The notes under the pieces are model-generated. The model did no database searches, was not told where the DNA came from, and was given only the letters and a program-made list of their open reading frames with translations. Of a DNA stretch of 64,000 nt, positions 1-11,533 are shown in pieces; position 1 is the first letter of the stretch, and every line of letters begins with the position of its first letter. The DNA is taken from the NCBI RefSeq assembly GCF_027921745.1, contig NC_079239.1, positions 1,302,001 to 1,366,000 of the forward strand, given 5' to 3'. A program made the position numbers and the translations under genes. The stretch comes from Schizosaccharomyces osmophilus. Lineage: Eukaryota.

Positions 1-773
1 CAAACGATCTTCGTTACCCAGTTTCTTTGTTTTCTCCATTAATTCGAGAATATACCTCTTTAGGGGATATGACAGAAGCAAAGAATGTTCTTGCTTTGTA
101 TTTAGATTACCATTTAAAGAACATTACTTCACAACCTGACATCCCTTTTGCTATCGCTAGTATGCAGTTATACTGTTCTTTACACGATACTTTGCTTGCA
201 CGTAGATTTTGGGATTTGATTTTACAGGTCGCTCGACAAAACTTTATGTCTACAAAAGTTGAGTTATACATATCAGATAAGAAGGAGCATGAAGATGAAG
301 AAGGTAAACTTCTTGATGCTTACAAAGGAAGTCTTAATATGCCAGCCGAGATATACTTTTCTTTCTTAGCCAGTGTCAATGCATTTCAGGAACTGAATAC
401 AGAATGGCTTCGATTAAGGAGGTGGGGTGCTGAATTTGACGAAGCTATGTTTAATAAACGTATAGTTTGGATTTTATACAGCGGTCGAATAGACATGGCA
501 TTAACTGAATTTTGCGAATATTTCCTCTCGAAAGAAAAACTGAATGAACATGTTGAAGAAGAAGAAAGTATTTCACGTATTGCAAATTTTTTGTTATCAT
601 ATAATTCCCCAGTGTATACAAGTACTTGGGATGTGCTTCGTGAAAAACTTGCTATGGCTAATGAAAATGGATATGTTCGTTCTCGGAACGAAGAGTTGAT
701 GACTGTGCCAAAGTATTTCCAACAATGGAAACAAAAAAATGAATTGTTGTACACAATTTTGTCACGACTCTAG
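1..773 (+). CDS. 3' part of a large protein truncated by the window edge; probably mitochondrial PPR protein Ppr4
   Basis: Frame is open from nt 3 to TAG at 771-773; helical-looking sequence. Identity is inferred only from remembered S. pombe order (ppr4 next to dtd1); no motif recognised. Confidence 0.5.
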   Translation, partial: NDLRYPVSLFSPLIREYTSLGDMTEAKNVLALYLDYHLKNITSQPDIPFAIASMQLYCSLHDTLLARRFWDLILQVARQNFMSTKVELYISDKKEHEDEEGKLLDAYKGSLNMPAEIYFSFLASVNAFQELNTEWLRLRRWGAEFDEAMFNKRIVWILYSGRIDMALTEFCEYFLSKEKLNEHVEEEESISRIANFLLSYNSPVYTSTWDVLREKLAMANENGYVRSRNEELMTVPKYFQQWKQKNELLYTILSRL

Positions 774-894
774 AAACTTTTGTGATTGTATAATAAAATT
801 AATATTAATACTTCCATTTATTGAGTTTCTTCTAACTAACAACTCAGCAAAGAAACTAAGAGAATAAAAACGACATGGATTCAAAGTGTCTAGT

Positions 895-1710
895 TTATTC
901 CTTGGTATCATAAAGGATAGTTACAGGACCGTTATTGGTAAGTTGGACGTTCATCATGGCACCAAAGACACTGAAAGGTTAGTATTGAAAATTGAGAAGA
1001 ATTAAAATGTAAAATGAAACATGTGTAATTACCCATCTATATAACAGTTAGTAAGGTGTGAAATGCGATTTAACTTACTTTTAACATTGTCGTTGCCCAA
1101 ATTGGCCTTTAAACCTTCCAGCACAGACTCATAGAGCTGTACAGCTTCGGGCCCCTTCATGCTTCTGTGGAAATCTGGTTTAGCACCTTTGTTAACTCGT
1201 GCATGTAACGTAAACTGGGAGACTATCAATGGCGGTTAATAAGCCAAATATGATAAAGCGGCGTTTTAAGCATACCACACAAGATTTCTCCTTGGGCATC
1301 TAGGATGGTTTGCCTCCATGGTTGTTCTTGAGCATCTTCGAAAAGTCTCAATTTAAGAAGTTTGTTGCACAGCTTGTTCACATCTTCCACAGTATCATCT
1401 ACGGATACGTTAAAATCGGTCTTCAAAACGTCTCTCCATTTTTGGTATATACAAATCAAATTCAACAGAGGAAAATGCTAACTTTATAGCACATACCTGT
1501 ACCAACTCCAACGAGAACACAAAGTCTATCAACAATACGGGTCAGTGAATCATCAATATTATAACATTTGCAATTTAATACCCTTTCTTAATGGAAGAGA
1601 CAACCGCATCGTCAACTACGATTGAATGATTAGCTTCTAATATTCTAGCAATATAGAGAATTCATACCCGTTACGGAAGCGTTTATAACTTTTTGAATTA
1701 CAGCCTTCAT
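895..1710 (-). CDS. dtd1: D-aminoacyl-tRNA deacylase Dtd1, 7 exons (1710-1668, 1615-1582, 1525-1497, 1398-1276, 1222-1079, 1036-1033, 970-895), 150 aa
   Basis: Spliced product MKAVIQKV...LCVLVGV...LRLF...VSQFTL...KPDFH...NGVFGAMMNVQLTNNGPVT has the DTD SQFTL and GP motifs. All introns are GT..AG; exon lengths sum to 453 nt. Confidence 0.93.
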
Positions 1711-2395
1711 GGTTCCAGGAAAAGTTCAGTATTTATGACTATTTAAGAAATTGAGAAAAAAGCCCAAAAAAGACGAGTTCCAAGTTATTTGCAGATGTTT
1801 TGTATATGACAAATTTGATTGAGAGACACCGAAGTGCAACTTCCCATTGGTTTCTTCTATCACTTGTATACTTGCAAATGATTTGGCTTGGCTTGGACTA
1901 GAATGATTGCTGAAAGTATGTATCAATAGAAGATGTTTTACAAAAGGAAGGAGAATTCATAGGAAATTCATTTCATTTTTGCCTTTTCACGTATTAATCT
2001 GCATAGGATAGCGCGGTCTATTAGTCAAAACACAAAGCAAACAAAAAAAAAGAGGAAACAGAACATTTTCAATGGTTCATTGATAAGCGAATAATTGAGA
2101 TATATCATCTATAAAAAATAACAACAAAGTAAAAGTTCAAGATACACTGAAAAGCAAAGTATAAATTCATACAAAAGCTATCCTGTCAGTGTACAAAAAA
2201 AAAAGAACGAGTATTGCAGAGCATTAAAATATAAAATAGTAGATAAAGTAATTAACGCGAAATTCACACCGCATCCATTAAGCAATTTATCTATTCTAAA
2301 GTTGTGCTTTCACAAAAAGCACATTCCCGCACGCAATACCCCAAAGTTAGATCCAAATACACTGACTTCAAAAAGTTTTATATACTAATATTTGC

Positions 2396-4410
2396 TTAGT
2401 GGAATACATTACGGATGGCTTTCTTCAAACGCTTGAAGATACCCTTCTTAGGAGGAGAGTCCGTGGCATCCTTAGCTTTGTTCTCGGCCTCTTTAGCTTC
2501 AGTACCGGCAGGGCCAGTGGTGGGCTTGGCAGCGGAAGATGCCTCGGCTTCCGAACGTTCAGCTCCAGCTCCAGCTCCAGCACCGGTACCAGCAGCAGCT
2601 CCAGCCTCCTTGGGGGGCTTGGATGCAGTAGACTTGGAATGGCCAAGACCGCTTTCAGCTTTCTTGGCAGTGTCCTTAGCATCCTTAGCATCCTTAGAGG
2701 GAGACTTTTGAGCATCCTTGGCAGTGTCCTTAGCATCCTTAGCATCCTTAGAGGGAGACTTTTGAGCATCCTTGGCAGTGTCCTTAGCATCCTTGGCATC
2801 CTTAGCGGGAGACTTTTGAGCATCCTTGGCAGTGTCCTTAGCGTCCTTAGCATCTTTAGAGGGAGACTTACCAAGGGTCTCGTCCTTTGTATGTTGAGCA
2901 GCATGGGCCTTGTTGGAAGCCAAAGCCTCGGCCTTGTTAACGGCAGACTGAGGAGCTTGCTTGGCGTCGGCACCAGTAGCACCGGCATCGGCAGGGCCAG
3001 CGGAATACTTGGGAGCTCCAGCGGAACCGGTAGCAGCGTCGACGGGCTTGGAAGAATCACCAGACTCCTTGGTGGGGAAGGATTGTCCAGAGACGTCAGG
3101 GTACTCATTGTTGTTATCAGCAGGAGAGGCCAAACTACCAGGCATCATAACACCTTCATTAGTATCTTCGGCGTACTTGCTAGTACTGGCACTGTGAGCA
3201 GCAGTAGAAGGAACGCGAGAGACACCCTCAGTGGTGACGCTTGTGGTGTGAGGGACATTAGGGTCGTGGTAGGAAAAGTCTTGAGCATCCTCAAAAGCAA
3301 TTTCCTGTTGCACGCCAGCATCAATGTGCTCGGTCGTGGAGAAGCCAGTAGAGAAAGCGCTCACGGGCACAGCAGAGGCATCACCAATTTCGGAGGAAGA
3401 GGCAGCGTTACCAGCAAATGTCTTGGAGCTAGTATCGTTTACAGAGCTGACAGGAGCGTACTCGCGTCCGGTCTTTTGGTTCTGTTCTTTGGAAACCAAG
3501 GATTCATCGTTCTCATTAGACTTGTTGCCAGAGACGGAAGAATAGTTATCCTTGGTGGTATCGACATGCTTAACACCACTGCTAGTTTGGGGAGAAGAAA
3601 CTTCACTTTTTGTGCTAGTTTCTGCTCTGGGAGTACCGGACTGAATACCGTTCATCTCTTGACTTTGCGATTCTTTGTTTTGTTTGGGAAAGAAGTCAAT
3701 CATCTCTACTAAAACAATGCTGGTTAATAGGTAGGTTCTTAAAGAAGGAAAGATTCACATTCATTACTCCAAGGGATAATGAGTGACTGGCATAGCATGA
3801 GGTATTTCTTAGGTAAGACGTAATACATCTCCATCCATCGCAAAACGTTATTGGCCTTCGTTAAAGCAAATAAATACCAGAACGATAGAATTCGTTAAAG
3901 TTTTTTATGTCACTTACCATTGTCTTCAGCAGCACTAGGTGCTTCCGTAAAAACAGTTTTACGATCTTCACTGTGTAAGCTGTTATCGTCGCTGCTGCCA
4001 ATGTCTACGGCAGCCCCATGGGCGCTCGAAGGAGTGAGAGCAGCAGCAGCATCGGCCTCTTCGTTAGAGGCTCTGGGAGTAGAGACAGGTTCATCTTCTT
4101 CATCTTCATCTTCCTCACCGTCAACTTCGGTTTCAGGAATGGATTCTGTTCCTGCAGTAGAAGGAGGGTGATGTTCAGAAGGAGTTCCATCAGCGTCAGC
4201 ACCAGCAACTGCGGCTGCAGCGTGCTTCCTCTTTTTGGCAGCCTTCTTCTTAGCTCTCTTGACAGCCTTTTTCTTACCTTTCGAAGAGAGTGTGGAAGAG
4301 AGTGAAGCAGGTTCACTGTTTAAAGTCAGATCGCTTTGCTCGTTTTTCGACGCGTTTTCTGCGACGTTTTCCTTGTTGACTAACGTTTTTTCTACCACTG
4401 GATCCATCAT
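2396..4410 (-). CDS. Low-complexity, probably disordered Ala/Ser/Lys/Asp-rich protein of about 600 aa, 2 exons (4410-3918; 3708 or 3705-2396); position matches S. pombe SPAC8C9.04
   Basis: Two long ORFs are joined in frame by an intron with GTAAGT donor (3917) and TTAAC...TTTAG acceptor. Strong codon bias. Contains a basic KKKAVKRAKKKAAKKRK patch, an acidic tract and 18-aa repeats. Confidence 0.85.
2663..2869 (-). repeat. Coding tandem repeat, 54-nt unit (KSPSKDAKDAKDTAKDAQ), about 4 copies
   Basis: GAGACT anchors at 2701, 2755, 2809 and 2863 are exactly 54 nt apart; internal 9-nt KDA sub-repeats. Confidence 0.95.
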
Positions 4411-5436
4411 GGTATTTACTTCTTGCGTGCTACTAGTTTGGAAAATGGTAGTAGTGGATGGCAGAAGGTAGCTTGTGTGTTTGCTGAAGCTCAAAAATTT
4501 ATTTCAAATACCGTATACACACGCGTTGGGTTTGTTGTACTAGAACTTTTTCACAAGGTCTTTGCTAACCTTTCTTTTTTACGTTAATAAGCATTCGTAA
4601 AAAGATTCTCTCGTTCTCATGGACAGGATCCACCTTCATCCGTAGATGATTACTAAAATCCAGGTTTTACCCATTGCTCTCTATATTTTTTTCCTTCTTT
4701 TTTTAGTTGTAGAATCGAAACTTTTTTTTCCTTTCCTTGGAGATTTATATAGACAAATTATTGGCTTCCTTTCAAAGCTGTTTCTCCTGGCTCTTGTTCC
4801 CTTCAAATTTCGTTTCCTTTTCCTTTCTTTATATAAATCTATTGAATTTTTCATTTGGCCGACATTCGCATTATTCGTCTTTTAACTTTACCATAATTGC
4901 AAAAATTTAAATTTTATTCCTATAGTATACCATACAGCATCAGCATGAAAGCCAGACGCAATATTATATAGTCCACTTGCATTAATTACTTGAAAGGAAA
5001 AAAAGACAGACTTTAAAAGAATCTTTCCTTTCATAGCTCCATATTCAATTGAATGTACTCTTTCAAACACACTTAGGCACAAACACACAAAGACTCTCTC
5101 TTCTTTCGTCTTACCATCCATCCATTCCGAATGCATCCTTATGAATGAACGGATTAAACGGACGGATGGATAGATGAATTCCACTCACTGCCTAAGATTA
5201 AGACCAGGACCTACGATCCAAGATCTGTCCCTTCTCTCATTCACTATGCAAACACAAATAAGAAATCCACAATTTCATCTGCAGCCGCATCTCCGTTCAT
5301 CTGTTCAAATTATTATTGCTCTTCATCATGGATGGGTGAGAAATCTAATAATATCATTTCCTATATTTGAGAGAGTCTATGTCAAAGAAACAGGAGAAAC
5401 AAAAATGTCGAATTATTCACAGTAATAGATGTATAA

Positions 5437-5503
5437 AATAAAAGAAATAAAAGGAATAAAAGGAAAAAAAGGAAAAAAGGAAAAAAGGAAAAAAAAGGAA
5501 AAA
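5437..5503 (+). repeat. Purine-rich degenerate microsatellite (A-run + GG)n in intergenic DNA
   Basis: aaaggaataaaaggaaaaaaaggaaaaaaggaaaaaaggaaaaaaaaggaaaaa is seen directly. Confidence 0.8.
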
Positions 5504-5959
5504 CTTGGTTTTTGAATAGGAAACCCAAGCTCAATAAAATAAAATAAAAAATTGGCATCACTTTGCTTTTTGCGTACAATGCATGAGAAATAAATTGAAA
5601 AACAATAAAAGTCGTAAACTGACCATCCGAGCAATCAATAAAGACAAACGTACCATACCATCAAGAAAAGAAATGCTCATACTGAGAGTAAGATATGATC
5701 CAAGGCTCCATCCAAAATTTAAAACTTATTAGATACAAAAAATTGAAGGCGTTTCCAATTTTCATGTAATAAAATCCTTAAAGATAGTCGCGAAATCTCG
5801 TCAAAATTCATATCATGTTGAAATGCTCATTACGAATCATGAAGAAAACACGTCGTTTCTAAAAAACCGCATATATGCAGCCATCTGCATAATATTATTA
5901 AGATATTACGCGTCATATCGTTATTACTTATTTGTTGAGAAATAAGCCATCGTTTCAAA

Positions 5960-7213
5960 TCAAGCTTCACTTGTTCCGTGATGGGATTCTAACTGCCGTT
6001 GACTTTCTTGTTTAGAGTCCAACTCTGCTCTTGGTTGTTGGCGCATCAAGTCAATGGCATTGCCCAAAAGTCGGTTGAAGGTAGGCTTGTCAAAGGTTGC
6101 CAACTTTAAACGAGATTTGGCACGCACCGTTGCGGTTCTCTGTGTTTCGTGAATTAAAGCTAACTCGCCAAAATAATCACCCTTTGTCAATGTCACTACC
6201 GTGCCTTTGTCTTTTTTAATCACCTCTGCTTCACCATCTTCAATCAAATAAAACTCGTTCCCAATATCCCCTTGGCGAATTACTTCCTCTCCAGCCTGAA
6301 AAACAACTGTTTGAAGGGCATCTGCTATTTTTTGGCGTTGATACTTGTCCAGACTTGACAAAATAGGAACTTCCTCAAGCAAACTTTCATACATACGGCG
6401 TTGGTGAAAAGCATTTTGCAACACAATACGATGGAAACTTGCTCGGTCCAAGGCATAGAAAACACAATCAGGAGTCTTGGACACAACAGTTGCTGCCCGA
6501 GGAGCGTTGTACATTAATGCAAGTTCGCCAAAATATTCCCCTGGAAACATCGTAGCAACATGATCCCCGTAACCCGAAGCCAGTACTTCTTCTGTCGAGA
6601 CGTTTGGTTCTTTGCGTTTGTAAACATCAAATTCACCCTTCTCTATAACGTAAAAGTAATCACCCACAGCGCCCTGTACAATCAGTGCTACACCAGCTTC
6701 GCCAATACGTTTTTCCGTCATAGCGCTCAAGACTTCCAAGTACCGTTCCTCGTCCAAATTCTTAAACAAGAAGTTGTGACCTACTGCTTTCTTCAAACGT
6801 TCCAGTTCTTCAGGGCTTTTTAAGGGAACCTGTGGACGAGGCAGTTGCATAAACGAGTTGGGATTCATCGACTCGGCAGACACGGATTGTCTTCGTAAGA
6901 AGTTGTAATTTTGAGGATAAGAAACGTTCATTTCTTTCAATCCACCCGCTTCAGGAGTGTGAAGTACTTCAGGACCCACTGCCTCGGGCCCTCTGGACAT
7001 CTCGTGCAGGTCTGATAAATAGTCATCTTCTGAGGCATCCTCGCTTAACGCTTCGCTCATGGCATCATCCATATGAAGCATCTCTCTGCGTTCATTTTTC
7101 AATTTGCTACCAAAGAAATCAAAGCAAACTTGAAGGAGATCAGTACAACCCTGCTTATTTACAAGATTTCTCAACTCCTCTATAAGCTCGTCGAAAGAAG
7201 CGTTTGAAACCAT
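5960..7213 (-). CDS. cgs1: cAMP-dependent protein kinase regulatory subunit
   Basis: RRQSV inhibitor site; two cNMP-binding domains (FGELALMYNAPRAAT, FGELALIHETQRTAT). Confidence 0.96.
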   Translation of the reverse strand: MVSNASFDELIEELRNLVNKQGCTDLLQVCFDFFGSKLKNERREMLHMDDAMSEALSEDASEDDYLSDLHEMSRGPEAVGPEVLHTPEAGGLKEMNVSYPQNYNFLRRQSVSAESMNPNSFMQLPRPQVPLKSPEELERLKKAVGHNFLFKNLDEERYLEVLSAMTEKRIGEAGVALIVQGAVGDYFYVIEKGEFDVYKRKEPNVSTEEVLASGYGDHVATMFPGEYFGELALMYNAPRAATVVSKTPDCVFYALDRASFHRIVLQNAFHQRRMYESLLEEVPILSSLDKYQRQKIADALQTVVFQAGEEVIRQGDIGNEFYLIEDGEAEVIKKDKGTVVTLTKGDYFGELALIHETQRTATVRAKSRLKLATFDKPTFNRLLGNAIDLMRQQPRAELDSKQESQRQLESHHGTSEA

Positions 7214-7440
7214 AGCGCCTACTTTAGAAAATTCCTCGATTTCTCTCCAATTTTTTAGGATTTGATTTGTCCTTCGCGCCTTGGAAACCTCTTGCAGTAT
7301 TTTATGAAGCGTTTATATTGTTGTTTTCAAAAAAATAAAAATGAATCCAGTCCTTTGGTTTGCTTATTCCTCTTGATATACGTTAAGATCAAGTTCCTCA
7401 GCTCCGGCTTCCATTAGTTGACTGACAGTGATCCATCCTC

Positions 7441-7447
7441 TACGTCA
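7441..7447 (-). promoter_or_regulatory. CRE-like (Atf1/Pcr1-type) site about 230 bp upstream of cgs1
   Basis: TGACGTA on the minus strand; a single short motif that could occur by chance. Confidence 0.3.
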
Positions 7448-8168
7448 CTCTACATGTTATTACTCCACAGTTCCTATCTGTACTCCACATTGGACTAGCA
7501 ATGATTAGAGGGACTAGCGTTACTTAACGACACTTAACATGGCTCGTAATGTCATCTAAAAATTTGCAACGCAACTCTTGAAGAAAATTAGAAGGAATTT
7601 GTTTTTAGTGAATGGGAATTAAAAGAATGGAGTGTATCAAGGATGAAAACGGTTTCTGCTTAAAATCAAATGTTTCTGATATAGAAGAGATGAATTGCTC
7701 GTTGTATGGATCGAAAAGTTGATTCTGTTGAAAATCGTTTGGTGTAATTACTTTATATGAGTAAGAACTGTCTTTTATTATATACAAACGCATGAATTAA
7801 CTAACGGTCCAAGAGAATTGAAAGATCACATAAGGCAGTAAGATTGAGGACGATGAAGTGCCCTTAGGAAACCACTGCTAAGCTTCCGTGTGATCAAAAG
7901 AAGGGATATAAAAGGGATATGGCTGGGTAAATTGTTCGTGGTATAGCGAATTAAGATAGAAATATTAAAATCGGAAACATTAAGATAAAGACAACGTAAA
8001 TTCACAAATCAAATCAACAATTGACAATTCTGGATGCCAAGTAATGGGAAGAGAGAGTCTCCGCTGGTAAAATCGTTTTCATTTTCATCATTCATTATAA
8101 CTTCAAATGAATCCTATTCGGAAAAAAAGAAAAGCATAGAGGTCCAATGCAGTCCTCCAGATTATAAA

Positions 8169-10370
8169 TCAGGTATACGAAGACGGAGCTTCATCAAATT
8201 GTCGTTTCACTCCACGAAGAACGTCCCCTGTTGATTGCATTGGGTCCTGGTGATTTTCTTGTCTTCCTTCTTTGCTTTCTCCTCCATGCTCTGAATGTAG
8301 ACTTGGCGTCGTATGAAGGGAATTGCCTTGTATCCCACTGCTAGGTGAATATGCAGCATATGATGGCATCGCAAAACTTGGTCGCTTTTCTCCGTTAGCT
8401 TCATGAGATGCTACGTACAGAGGCCGATCTGACGTCAAAACGGAGGTATTTGGTACAGTACTTGTTTGCCCTGAGGAGCCTGACAAGGAAGTGTTCGGCT
8501 TGGAAGTCGCGGAGGATGCAGCAACTGCTCCAGGGGGTAACGGATCTTCTATAGTTCGGCCATATGGAGAATCTTTGGGTTGAGAATGGACAGGCGGTCG
8601 TACATACGGAGGGGGAACAGATGTCATGGTAGAAGGTGGCGGTGTGGGCATATGGAAAAAAGGAGCATTTGGTTGAATGGACGAGGAAGATGCTGTCGAG
8701 TTGACATTTTGATTCACAGACGAAATAGAGGCTTTTCTTCTTTTAGTTTGCTGAGTCGTATCTTGTTGTTGAACAGTTGGGGTTGGTACCGGTTGCTTTT
8801 GTAACTTTTTGGCTAGGGCAACGGCTAACGCATTTGCAATCGCAGTGGCCTGCGCTGGGTTGTTCACGGCAGCCGGTCCTAATTGTCGGTTAATGTGGTC
8901 TTGTAAAAGCGAAATCGCATGTACCGCTTGCTCGTTTGGTGCTTGTTGTTCACCATTTGAGTTGCGGAAAAATTCAGGATTCAACGCTAATTTGCCAGAC
9001 TGCATAATGATGGGCTGGATGCCAGACTGTAATAATGATGGTTTTTCTTCTTTAGGTGCTGCTGCTCCACCGCCATTTGCAGCAGGTGTCCGTTGTGAAG
9101 TGTCAGAAGTCATTGAAGAACTGATTTTACCGCCTACCGACATATTACTTTGAAGGGGATCAATGTTCTCATGGTCGAAAGATGTAGTACCCGTAGCAGT
9201 AGGTGTGGGTTTCTTTGTTTTCCGAAACATATTTCCTTCAAACTGGTCAATATAGGAGGGATCCAATATCCAAAATGACCCTTTTCCAGACTCGTTTTGT
9301 CTCCTCGGTATTCGTATAAATGCTTTGTTCAAAGATAAGTTATGCCGAATCGAGTTGTGCCAAGCTGGTGGTTGATATTGATAATACGGCCACGTATGGG
9401 AAATCCATTCGCAAATATCGCCCAATGTCATCTTCTTATTAGAATTGGATATAAGGGTACGTGCAATCAAATTTGCATAAGAAAGATTAGGCTTTTGATA
9501 AATATCACCGAAATTTGGTGGTGGATTTGATTCTAAACCCGGATGCAAAGGGATTGATGCCGAAGGATGATTCGACTCTTGATCAACAGAAGTCTGTTTT
9601 GGGGGAATGGCATTATTTGGAGGAGTCTCAGAAAGATTTCGTAAGGTTTCAGGGTTAGCAGATGGGGCTGACGAGAAATCGCTCGATGCCTGACGCTGAA
9701 TAGATTGAGGAGATACAGTTTGTGGTTTGTATTCGGAAGAGTAGGGAAAGGATTCTAAAGGATGAGGAGTAATCGCATCAGGATGCTCAAATATATTTGC
9801 TGATGCAGACTCGGCGGTCATAAGAGGAGGAGGAGGAGATAATTGAGTAGTGTTGAGCTCAGATTCCTTTTTTACGGATGTGTAAAAAGAGCTTTGAAGT
9901 TCTTCAATAGGTGGTTTTTGTTCAATCACAGGAGTTATAGTCGTGCTCATCTTCTGGGGATCAGCGGTATCAACATCATGCTTTCTCGCCGTCTGTTTTT
10001 GCATTCCTTCCGGAAGAAGAAAAGAGAAAGAGATCTGTCCAATTTGAACGCGAGTTCCACTATGCAGTGCGACGGTAGATCCGCGTTCGACGAATTCCCC
10101 ATCAACAAAAGCTCCGTTTTTTCCAATGACGGAAAATTCAAACCTTTGATTTGGGAAGCTGTATACAATTTTAGCATGCTGACGAGATATAGCTTTGGTG
10201 TCTCCCAGATGAACATCACAATCACTAGAATTACTGGCTTTCCGACCCATTGTAACTTGCAGAGTCTGAACAAAGAAAGAAAACTTCTCAAATTCTAGTT
10301 TGGCGTAGGCTTGAACCCTGTTGGTACCTGATTTTTTCTCCGCTGCATCTTGTCGAACTGCGTCAGGCAT
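8169..10370 (-). CDS. fhl1: Forkhead transcription factor with FHA domain (Fhl1)
   Basis: FHA domain (MGR...ISRQHAKI...GKNGAFVDG) plus forkhead domain (KPNLSYANLI...WHNSIRHNLSLNKAF...GKGSFW). Confidence 0.92.
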   Translation of the reverse strand: MPDAVRQDAAEKKSGTNRVQAYAKLEFEKFSFFVQTLQVTMGRKASNSSDCDVHLGDTKAISRQHAKIVYSFPNQRFEFSVIGKNGAFVDGEFVERGSTVALHSGTRVQIGQISFSFLLPEGMQKQTARKHDVDTADPQKMSTTITPVIEQKPPIEELQSSFYTSVKKESELNTTQLSPPPPLMTAESASANIFEHPDAITPHPLESFPYSSEYKPQTVSPQSIQRQASSDFSSAPSANPETLRNLSETPPNNAIPPKQTSVDQESNHPSASIPLHPGLESNPPPNFGDIYQKPNLSYANLIARTLISNSNKKMTLGDICEWISHTWPYYQYQPPAWHNSIRHNLSLNKAFIRIPRRQNESGKGSFWILDPSYIDQFEGNMFRKTKKPTPTATGTTSFDHENIDPLQSNMSVGGKISSSMTSDTSQRTPAANGGGAAAPKEEKPSLLQSGIQPIIMQSGKLALNPEFFRNSNGEQQAPNEQAVHAISLLQDHINRQLGPAAVNNPAQATAIANALAVALAKKLQKQPVPTPTVQQQDTTQQTKRRKASISSVNQNVNSTASSSSIQPNAPFFHMPTPPPSTMTSVPPPYVRPPVHSQPKDSPYGRTIEDPLPPGAVAASSATSKPNTSLSGSSGQTSTVPNTSVLTSDRPLYVASHEANGEKRPSFAMPSYAAYSPSSGIQGNSLHTTPSLHSEHGGESKEGRQENHQDPMQSTGDVLRGVKRQFDEAPSSYT

Positions 10371-10800
10371 GCCTACACTTGTACCAAAACCTTCCTTTCC
10401 TCAGTTTTGAGATTATCAAAGCCAATTGCTACCGCAACAAAGCGTGCAAGTTAATTTCTATTAAAAAAATAAATTACTGGCGAAATGAAAAGGGGATTTC
10501 GCCCTTTTAACCGAAACCGTTACTTTTCCACCGAATGTGTAGTTGATGGAGTGGTAGTGATTTGGTGCTACTAAGTACACTTTCCAACTTCACAACATTC
10601 GGCGTAATCCCAAAGGTGTTATAGTTTGCCTTAAATTTGTTTTCTTTTATATTTCTTTTAATAACTTCAGGATTATACAAAAAAATTGTTTAATCTCAGG
10701 TTTTAATTGGCATATCCTGAGGGTTAGCACTCAACAATCTTTACTACCAGAATTATTGAATCAGACAGGCTTAGGAAAGTGATTGATATTATTTAGAAAG

Positions 10801-11533
10801 ATGTCAAATATTTTGAAGTGGTTTGGAGGCGCCGGTCGTAACAAAGACGTGACGAAGGATACAATCACTCGATTCCAGGATACTTTGTCTATGTTTGAAA
10901 AGAAAGAGCAAAGACTAGAGCGTCAAATTGCTGAACAAAATGAAATTGCCAAGAAGAATGCGACTACAAATAAAAGGGGTACGAACAAACAAAACAAAAG
11001 AAGTGTTTATTGAATAATGATGAGCTTACTAACTGTTTTTAGCGGCATTGGCGGCCTTAAAAAGGAAAAAGATGTACGAAAATGAACTTGAAAAGATTGA
11101 AGGAAGTCGCATGAATATTGAGCAACAGCTCTATACCATCCAGAATGCAAATCTCAACTTTGAGACCTTACAAGCTATGCGTCAAGGTGCTGAGGCTATG
11201 AAGCAAATCCAACGAGGTGTGGATGCTGACAAGGTTGATAACATTATGGATAAAATTCGTGATCAACAAGCTATTTCTGAAGAAATTTCTGCTATGATCA
11301 GCACACCCGTGGGCTTGAACGCAGACGTGGACGAAGATGAACTGGCAAATGAATTGGATGAATTACAACAAATGGAGCTTGATAATAAGATGCTTGGAGC
11401 CGAGAAGCCACCTGTTCATGCCCCTGGAGTCCCTACCGGTACCCCCGTTGACAAACTTCCTTCGGTTGACAAACCTCAAGAAGTAGATGAGGAAGAGGAA
11501 CTAAGAAAACTGCAAGCTGAATTCTCCCTTTAA
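10801..11533 (+). CDS. vps32: ESCRT-III subunit Vps32/Snf7, 2 exons (10801-10978, 11043-11533)
   Basis: Snf7-family sequence (NKRAALAALKRKKMYE...ANLNFETLQAM...DEDELANELDEL). Intron GTACGA...CTAAC...TTTAG joins the exons in frame. Confidence 0.94.

Noticed and set aside
2399..3712. 437-aa ORF antisense to the whole second exon of the disordered protein
   Set aside because: It is in exact codon register with the sense frame. Antisense stops need sense TTA/CTA/TCA codons, which this Leu-poor, codon-biased exon avoids. No ATG start.
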